Below are positions 50,347 through 56,551 of a DNA stretch of 56,551 bases, piece after piece (within the stretch, counting starts at the first letter, position 1; every line of letters starts with the position of its first letter). The stretch covers positions 1 through 56,551 of the IMG/VR virus record IMGVR_UViG_3300021138_001866, one strand, 5' to 3'. The position numbers and the translations under genes are program-made. The notes beneath the pieces are model-generated. The model worked only from the letters and a program-made list of their open reading frames with translations. It searched no databases and had not been told where the DNA came from. Origin of the DNA: a virus (lineage: Duplodnaviria > Caudoviricetes).

Positions 50347-51248
50347 TGTTGTTTAAGTGAATTTAGTTTTTCTGGCCAATACTTTGACCATTGGGTATAT
50401 AAAATATCGGTATCTTTAAGATCAACGTCTGCACGACTGCATCGATCAGCGTCATATAATTTTTGTAGATCTGGTGCTGTGCGAGCAGCTTTGCGTAAAA
50501 TTTCATGTAACTCTTTTCGTACTGATTCTTTGACTGTAATAGGCACTACCATTTGATAGTTACCAACCAATCCAGTAAATCCTTTTGTACCTTGACTATA
50601 CCATGTCTGTAATCCAGGATACTGCCTAGTACCGCTGGCACCAATTACCGAGATCTTTCCTATTTTTTCAAACTGTTCTATATCGTTTGGCAAACTGACA
50701 TTCAGATCTAATCTTCCAGCTAACACTTCTTGTAATCCTGACATTGTACCATTATAACCAACTAGTGTTAGGTGTGTATCTGGCAATAAGGTCTGTAGTT
50801 CTCGGGCAACAGCTTCGGTTAAACTACCATAAAGTACACCAATGGTTATATCTTTTTCTTTGCGTAAATCTTCTAGTGATTTATATTTTGTACTAACTAT
50901 GCTGTATGGCTGCCCTGTACACTCAATTAGTACTGGTTTAAAATCTGCTATATTATAACTTTCAGTTGGATAAAACACTGGACGTATAAAGTAACTACTG
51001 CTATAACTTAAAATAGAAATACCGTTATAGGATAATACATATTTGGCAGCAATAGTTCCGCCAGCTCCTACTTTGTTATCATAAACAAATGTATATTTGG
51101 TTTGGTCTTTATTGGCTTGATCAATTATAACTCTAATATAATTTGCCTGTGCTGATCCAGTGGCAGCTGGCCAAACAATAGGCACTACCTGCCCAGCTCG
51201 AACCGAGAGTGAAATAAATGCCAATGCAATAGCGATTATTTTTTTCAT
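50343..51248 (-). CDS. Bug/TctC-like periplasmic solute-binding protein
   Basis: Signal peptide, IVWPAATG, NKVGAGGTIAA, VGYNG, VLAGRLDL. Confidence 0.75.
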   Translation of the reverse strand: MKKIIAIALAFISLSVRAGQVVPIVWPAATGSAQANYIRVIIDQANKDQTKYTFVYDNKVGAGGTIAAKYVLSYNGISILSYSSSYFIRPVFYPTESYNIADFKPVLIECTGQPYSIVSTKYKSLEDLRKEKDITIGVLYGSLTEAVARELQTLLPDTHLTLVGYNGTMSGLQEVLAGRLDLNVSLPNDIEQFEKIGKISVIGASGTRQYPGLQTWYSQGTKGFTGLVGNYQMVVPITVKESVRKELHEILRKAARTAPDLQKLYDADRCSRADVDLKDTDILYTQWSKYWPEKLNSLKQQ

Positions 51249-51290
51249 TGTAAATGTATTATATTTTAAAATTTATTTTAAAGCAAGAAC

Positions 51291-51313
51291 GATAGCGACT
51301 AATAGTCGCTATC
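51291..51313. terminator. Perfect inverted repeat, probable terminator or processing hairpin
   Basis: GATAGCGACT-AAT-AGTCGCTATC just after the ferritin-like gene. Confidence 0.55.
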
Positions 51314-51321
51314 TGGACAAT

Positions 51322-52014
51322 TTAATGTAATTCAGACATTGGGATATGTTGTTTGATGCAACGTAGATCCCATAACACTTCTATAAATTGGTTGGCAAGA
51401 TTTTGAGCACGAGCTTGTACTTCTGGATCAACTACCAACTTTTCTAGTTCAGCACGACCTAAACTTGCATGAAATTTCTCATCTCGGGCAATTTCGGCAT
51501 ACTTTTCTGCGATTAACGCATTAGGAGCACACTCGGCCTGCATCACCCAGTTACGATGTGCCATACCTTCGGCAATGTATTGGTATACTGCTAGTGCAAG
51601 TGGATCTTCGCTACATTCAAAACGTTCTAATAATGTAGCAGGACGAATAGTTTCTTCATCATTATTTAATTGTGCTTGACGTATACCTTCTTCGATGGCA
51701 ACAATATTAATAGGCTCACCGGCCATGTCTTCGACAATTTCTTTTAAGAACCAAAAATGTTTAGCTTCATCATGTGCTTGTTTGCTTAACAAGAACATAT
51801 CTTCCGGGCTAGTGTCCATAGCACATTTAGAAACACGCTTAGCCAACTGTATACAATTGATACGTTCGTTAATCATACGACGACTAAAGTAACCGATCAT
51901 TTCTTCACGACTTGGGTTAGATTCGAAGTATGATTTTACACTCTGCTCATGAAACTGATATAATGGTTCGCAATCTTGTGCTAATTTTGCTGTAAATTCT
52001 TTTGCATTTAACAT
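51322..52014 (-). CDS. Ferritin-like di-iron protein
   Basis: Two E...ExxH sets: NE...DEAKH and AEG...DEKFH. Confidence 0.75.
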   Translation of the reverse strand: MLNAKEFTAKLAQDCEPLYQFHEQSVKSYFESNPSREEMIGYFSRRMINERINCIQLAKRVSKCAMDTSPEDMFLLSKQAHDEAKHFWFLKEIVEDMAGEPINIVAIEEGIRQAQLNNDEETIRPATLLERFECSEDPLALAVYQYIAEGMAHRNWVMQAECAPNALIAEKYAEIARDEKFHASLGRAELEKLVVDPEVQARAQNLANQFIEVLWDLRCIKQHIPMSELH

Positions 52015-52973
52015 TATTTTTTTCCTGCAATAATTTGATTTAATAGACCTGGACTAAAGTAACTATCTAATGCTGTATATAATCCTTTAGTAGCAGTAAC
52101 AAACTTTGCTTTTTCTTTACTGGTCATTTTGATTGTGGCAATACCCTGTTTAGTGGCCTGTGCTTCAACAATTAGGTTGTCTGCTAAACTATCTTCGCGT
52201 TCAATTTTAGCAGCTCTCATTGCAGCACAAGAAAATATTTGTTGTACTTCTTTGCCTAACGATTGCCATAGTTGTTCGTTTATAACTAAACTTGTTAAAA
52301 ACAAACTATGCTCGTTGTCATTGATGTAATTGGTATGCCGGTCTTGTTCTAGTATGAAATAACGTGTGTATGTTGTTTCGCCGCCGACAATGTCACCGCT
52401 GGCTAATTTTTTAGTAATATCTTCAATCATTACAGGAATTGGATTAGCACCAACAGCTTTGATAGTACCAATTGATACTGGATTATTAGTACAACTGAGA
52501 TTCAATCGATAAAAATCTTCTAATGTTTCAATTGCCTGTTTGCTTGGGATAATTTTAAAACCACCGCTATAAGTAAATGTTAATCCACGAATGTTGCTGT
52601 GTTCTGCAACCTTGGCCAATAAATGTTGTCCAATTGGGCCATCGATGATATTACTTGCTTCTGTGTGATCATTGAACAAAAATGGCATAGCCAAAGCATT
52701 AATATCTTTGTCAATTTTACCTAGCGTACTGGCATAAACAGTGGCTAAATCAATAGTACCGTTGTCAATTAAACTGATAATTTTTTCACGATCTGTGGTA
52801 TGATTTGTTAAATTTGTATGTGCTAATTCGTTCCACTCTTTGAGACTAACAACATTAATAGTGTATTGACCATTGGTTTCTGCGGCTACTTCTGCAGCAA
52901 AACTTTTAGCTGCTTTAATAAAAACATGGTATGGCTCGTGAGCTAGTACCCAGTTTAATGTAAATTTTTGCAT
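52014..52973 (-). CDS. TRAP transporter solute-binding protein DctP-like, no signal peptide
   Basis: FAAEVAAETNG, GTIDL, MPFLF, GANPIP, L.SG.I.G.E, WQSL...Q. Confidence 0.75.
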   Translation of the reverse strand: MQKFTLNWVLAHEPYHVFIKAAKSFAAEVAAETNGQYTINVVSLKEWNELAHTNLTNHTTDREKIISLIDNGTIDLATVYASTLGKIDKDINALAMPFLFNDHTEASNIIDGPIGQHLLAKVAEHSNIRGLTFTYSGGFKIIPSKQAIETLEDFYRLNLSCTNNPVSIGTIKAVGANPIPVMIEDITKKLASGDIVGGETTYTRYFILEQDRHTNYINDNEHSLFLTSLVINEQLWQSLGKEVQQIFSCAAMRAAKIEREDSLADNLIVEAQATKQGIATIKMTSKEKAKFVTATKGLYTALDSYFSPGLLNQIIAGKK

Positions 52974-53134
52974 TATTTCTCCCGAATTGGATAGTTATTT
53001 GATATATTTATTTATCAAAAACGCAGAGAGAAGGTTTCTGATTCAGGATTACCTTCAACCTGGTATAGACAGCCCATCCCCGGTTTCGTCTATAGCGGAT
53101 GCTGAATAACAACCTTGCGGTGCGGGGTCAGCAG

Positions 53135-53737
53135 TTACATAGCAGGACCGTTTCCATTACGGAAGCCAACAATACCGCCCTCTTCGGTAATCCTCTTTAA
53201 TACATCTTCAAAGAGAATCGGTGCGAAGTCTGGAGTTTGTTCAACACAGACACAGTGATATCTTGTATCAACTTCATCACTGTATAATGTCTCTCCGGTG
53301 CGAGCATCAACACCGCGAGCCTTCATAACTCTGTTAGCGTGAAGGTGTCCGTGAATATTCGTACCAAACCTACCAAGACTTGCTTCGTGTAGAGGAATGT
53401 GGGACAAGATAAGTCCGTTCATAACGTGGTAAGCACGTAGTTCACGAAAGTACTGTCTGTATTCATCATCACGGAAAATATCGTGGTTACCGCGGATAAG
53501 AACTTTATCCCCGTTAAGGCGAGCAAGGGTGCTCATAGCCCGACGGTTAATAACAACATCTCCGAGAAAATAAATTTTATCGTTCGGCTTTACACGCTCG
53601 TTATAGACTTTAACAAGGTGCTCGTCCATTTCCTCTGCGGTGTCCCACGGGCGAAGTTTTGTGCCATCGGCCCGGAGGAAACGGCATACCCCCTGGTGCC
53701 CAAAATGGGGATCTGAATAAAGAAAAACTGAAGGCAT
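53135..53737 (-). CDS. Calcineurin-like metallophosphoesterase
   Basis: SDPHFGH, LGDV, GNHD, SHIP, HGHLH; start 53737 after AGGAG. Confidence 0.88.
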   Translation of the reverse strand: MPSVFLYSDPHFGHQGVCRFLRADGTKLRPWDTAEEMDEHLVKVYNERVKPNDKIYFLGDVVINRRAMSTLARLNGDKVLIRGNHDIFRDDEYRQYFRELRAYHVMNGLILSHIPLHEASLGRFGTNIHGHLHANRVMKARGVDARTGETLYSDEVDTRYHCVCVEQTPDFAPILFEDVLKRITEEGGIVGFRNGNGPAM

Positions 53738-53779
53738 AATACATCTCCTAAATGATAAATAACTAAACAAAGGACAATT

Positions 53780-54436
53780 ATGATTGACGCTTATGTTTAT
53801 ACAATAACTAACAAAATTACCGGTGAGTTTTATCACGGGTATCGATACAGAAATCAAACTCTGGGTATTGTCCCAAACGATGATCTTTGGATCACTTATT
53901 TTACATCATCTAATAGAATTAAAAATGATATAAAAAAATACGGAAAAAATTCTTTTACTGCTACCATTATATACGAAAACACTGATTCTGTCAAGTGCTG
54001 GCAACAGGAGCAAATAACCATTAGACAGGACTGGGGAAACCCACTCTTACTAAATGGTAAGTATCACGATCCAGACTCTAATGTTGAGATATTCCGAAGG
54101 GTTAATATGCTCACCGAAGAATCCAGACTTAAAATGTCTATGGCCGGTAAAGGTCGTCCTAAATCTGAAGAGCATAAGAGAAAAATAGCACTGGCCAACA
54201 CCGGAAACATTGGCTCAGTGCAAAAATGTGCTAAAATTTCTGCGGCTAGGAAAGGTAAGCCTCCATCAAACAAAGGAGTTACTCCCCCTAAATATTCTTG
54301 CCCGCATTGTAATGTATTAGTATCAAACGGTAATCTTAATCGCTGGCACGGTAATAACTGTAAGTTGATTGATCCTAAAGGGCATGCCAAACGTACTATT
54401 CAAGTGGCCTCCATCAACCGGATACAGGAAGCATAA
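53780..54436 (+). CDS. GIY-YIG-like homing endonuclease with NUMOD3 and a zinc ribbon
   Basis: YVYTITN..TGEFYHG.R, YFTSS, KSEEHKRKI, CPHC...RWHGNNCK; GATAAATA upstream. Confidence 0.78.
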   Translation: MIDAYVYTITNKITGEFYHGYRYRNQTLGIVPNDDLWITYFTSSNRIKNDIKKYGKNSFTATIIYENTDSVKCWQQEQITIRQDWGNPLLLNGKYHDPDSNVEIFRRVNMLTEESRLKMSMAGKGRPKSEEHKRKIALANTGNIGSVQKCAKISAARKGKPPSNKGVTPPKYSCPHCNVLVSNGNLNRWHGNNCKLIDPKGHAKRTIQVASINRIQEA

Positions 54437-54448
54437 GCGCCTCCTTTC

Positions 54449-55546
54449 TTAATTTAAAAAATGTTGATCTACTATTTCTTTGGTAACCGGAAATTGCTCA
54501 TGTATTATAACACTATTATCAATTTCTTGCAACACAGATAGTAAATGGCTGTATATGCTGTTGGCTACTGTAAAAAAATGCTGTCTATTGTGCTGTCTTA
54601 CTCTGACCGATTCGGCTGTGATGTTGTTTTTACACGTCATCATGGTGTTGGCCACTGCTGTACCTCTTTCAGGAGGCCATTTTACATTGTCATAGCTTTC
54701 ATCTATCCAATCACCAAAAGTTTGAAATCCCATGTTGCGTAACTGTGATAAGTATCCAGGACCACCATAGGCTATAAAAGGATGTCCTAACATTAGACTT
54801 TTATAGACTTTTTCTGTAGGAAAGAATTCTTCTTGCGAAGTTTCACTGACAATACTGACGTCGGTTAGATGATAGTGACTGGGGTAATAGGCATAAAATC
54901 TAAAATCGTAATGCACAAATGGATCTAACCAATCTTCTTTAGGGCCAAGTCCTGTAGAACTTTTACTGCCACGATAACTCCAAATACTAGATTCTAACAG
55001 TCCAGCAGTTCGAACCAGCTCAAATAAATGATCGCGCATACCACGTTGTTCGCCATTGAGAAATAAAAATTGATATGGCTTTGGGTCTGTGTCAATTTTG
55101 GTGTGCGTATAGGCCAAACGTGCTAGATTAAATTCATTGACCAACATCCAGGCAAAAAATTCAGGAAAATTGTAATTTTTTACAAATCCAGCAATATCTC
55201 GATCGCCATTTTTAATCAAATAACCTTCTACACCTTTTTCCGTAAGTTTTTGTCCAGTGGGATTGAAACTGGCACCCAAGGTGGCTTCACATTCGCTAGG
55301 ATAGTAAAACACCAGACGATTTTGATTGTGGCTGGCCTGTTCAATTAAGTCAATGGCCATGCTATGACCAGGGTCGTTAAATGGAGTTTCCATAACAAAA
55401 CAGTCGGTTATTACTGTTACTCCAGGGGGTATTTGATTTAGTGTAGTAACTACGTATTCTACACCTGACATGGTCAAGGTATTGTACAATAATTTAATCT
55501 GTCGTTCCACTGGACGAACACTGGGGTTGGCTAGGATATATAACAT
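54449..55546 (-). CDS. Putative glycosyltransferase-like phage protein
   Basis: SIVSET...TEKVYKS...HPFI...GFQTF...DESYD C-terminal pattern. Confidence 0.45.
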   Translation of the reverse strand: MLYILANPSVRPVERQIKLLYNTLTMSGVEYVVTTLNQIPPGVTVITDCFVMETPFNDPGHSMAIDLIEQASHNQNRLVFYYPSECEATLGASFNPTGQKLTEKGVEGYLIKNGDRDIAGFVKNYNFPEFFAWMLVNEFNLARLAYTHTKIDTDPKPYQFLFLNGEQRGMRDHLFELVRTAGLLESSIWSYRGSKSSTGLGPKEDWLDPFVHYDFRFYAYYPSHYHLTDVSIVSETSQEEFFPTEKVYKSLMLGHPFIAYGGPGYLSQLRNMGFQTFGDWIDESYDNVKWPPERGTAVANTMMTCKNNITAESVRVRQHNRQHFFTVANSIYSHLLSVLQEIDNSVIIHEQFPVTKEIVDQHFLN

Positions 55547-56412
55547 TAGATATTTTGTATGCGTTGATCAATTACTTTAGCGTAGTAGTCTATGTTGTCA
55601 ATTGATACTGGAACGTTCCAGCTTTTACTATCAACATTTAGACAGTTTAATCTGTGTATATTGATACTGTCTAGTTCTGATTCTAAAGAATTGTGTAGAT
55701 TAGGCCAAAATCGCTGTTGTTTTATTGTCTGTGTATCAGGCCTTAGGTGCATGACCCAATTGCCTAAAAATTGGTATTCGCTGAAATTTAATCCACCGTG
55801 TTCGGTCTGCGATCTTGATACTAACTGTTTTCTTAAGGCCACCATCCAAGGCTGACCAGAACGTGATTCAATCAGTGTCTTTAGTGCCTGCCAGTCGGTT
55901 TTTAATATCGGAAAAAATTCTGACACAAATACATTATTTGGGTGTTGTTCAATACCAGTAAGGTCCTGAAAACTTGATCCCCAACAACCGGGATTTTCAG
56001 TGTATTCATTGTCCAGGTACAATACCGGCAGACCGTTGACAAAATACTCATGCGGACGAATTCTGATGCTGTCGCAATCGGATATCACAACCTGTGTATC
56101 TTGACAGACATCTAAGGCCATAAACTTTAAAAATTGCTGTTTTATCCATGCAATATTTGGATCTGATAGCCAGGTTATAGTGTCAACTAACGACTCGCGA
56201 TTAAACTGCTCAACCAGCTCACTGTCGTGAACAAACTCAATGCGACTCATATCAATATTGTATCTATTGAATGCAGATCGGATATCTGCCTGAGGAGTGC
56301 AATGATGTATAATAGTTCGTTCAAATTCGGGTATTAAAAATCTATCGTATTTGAGACATAAAGTAGCATCGGGGATACGATTATTCCCAATAAACATTAA
56401 TCGAGTAGCCAT
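55546..56412 (-). CDS. Putative glycosyltransferase-like protein
   Basis: WIKQQFLK, DCD (DxD), FSEYQFLG; TATAAATA at 56418-56425. Confidence 0.45.
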   Translation of the reverse strand: MATRLMFIGNNRIPDATLCLKYDRFLIPEFERTIIHHCTPQADIRSAFNRYNIDMSRIEFVHDSELVEQFNRESLVDTITWLSDPNIAWIKQQFLKFMALDVCQDTQVVISDCDSIRIRPHEYFVNGLPVLYLDNEYTENPGCWGSSFQDLTGIEQHPNNVFVSEFFPILKTDWQALKTLIESRSGQPWMVALRKQLVSRSQTEHGGLNFSEYQFLGNWVMHLRPDTQTIKQQRFWPNLHNSLESELDSINIHRLNCLNVDSKSWNVPVSIDNIDYYAKVIDQRIQNI

Positions 56413-56428
56413 ATTGTTATTTATATAG

Positions 56429-56506
56429 TGGAAGTACGGGAGAGATTCGAACTCTCGGTTGTTCAGCTTTGCAGGCTGTTGCTTTGGGCCACTCAGCCAC
56501 CGTACT
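56429..56506 (-). tRNA. tRNA-Cys(GCA)
   Basis: AGTACGG/CCGTACT acceptor, CAGC-CT GCA AA-GCTG arm, TTCGAAT loop, U73 and CCA. Confidence 0.9.
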
Positions 56507-56508
56507 GT

Positions 56509-56551
56509 TGGCCTCCCCCCACGGAGTCGAACCGCGGCCCCGAGTTTTGGA
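56509..56551 (-). tRNA. tRNA-Trp(CCA), 3' part (cut by the window edge)
   Basis: T CCA AA ACTCG, CGCGG-TTCGACT-CCGTG, terminal GCCA. Confidence 0.75.

Overview
A 56.5-kb segment of a large tailed-phage (jumbo/T4-like) genome in the standard genetic code, mostly on the minus strand. The host is probably a freshwater betaproteobacterium, judged from GroEL, IscU, Bug/TctC-like and TIGR02001-like proteins. From left to right it holds: a partial iscU; a late/virion block with putative head-packaged proteins, including a ligase-fold enzyme and two Pol-beta-type nucleotidyltransferases; a replication block (DnaB-like helicase, primase, a miniature DnaE-like polymerase core, clamp-loader small subunit, UvsW-like helicase); a tail fibre-like gene; an AAA ATPase; GGCT; groES/groEL; a 13.5-kb glycosylation and unusual-sugar cluster (DdhC/RfbH, ThDP enzyme, aldolase, DHQ-synthase-like cyclase, glycosyltransferases); a porin-like gene; a halogenase-like gene; tRNA genes; four free-standing homing endonucleases; and a cluster of three PP-loop ATPase paralogs interleaved with solute-binding proteins and a ferritin-like enzyme. 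The most striking structure is at 44545-45564. There a tRNA gene is split in its anticodon arm by a ~650-nt insert carrying an HNH gene, a complete tRNA-Leu(UAG) and a tRNA-like cloverleaf, and it is preceded by a ~285-nt RNA closed by a 20-bp stem. All calls come from reading motifs by eye; no searches or folding programs were run.
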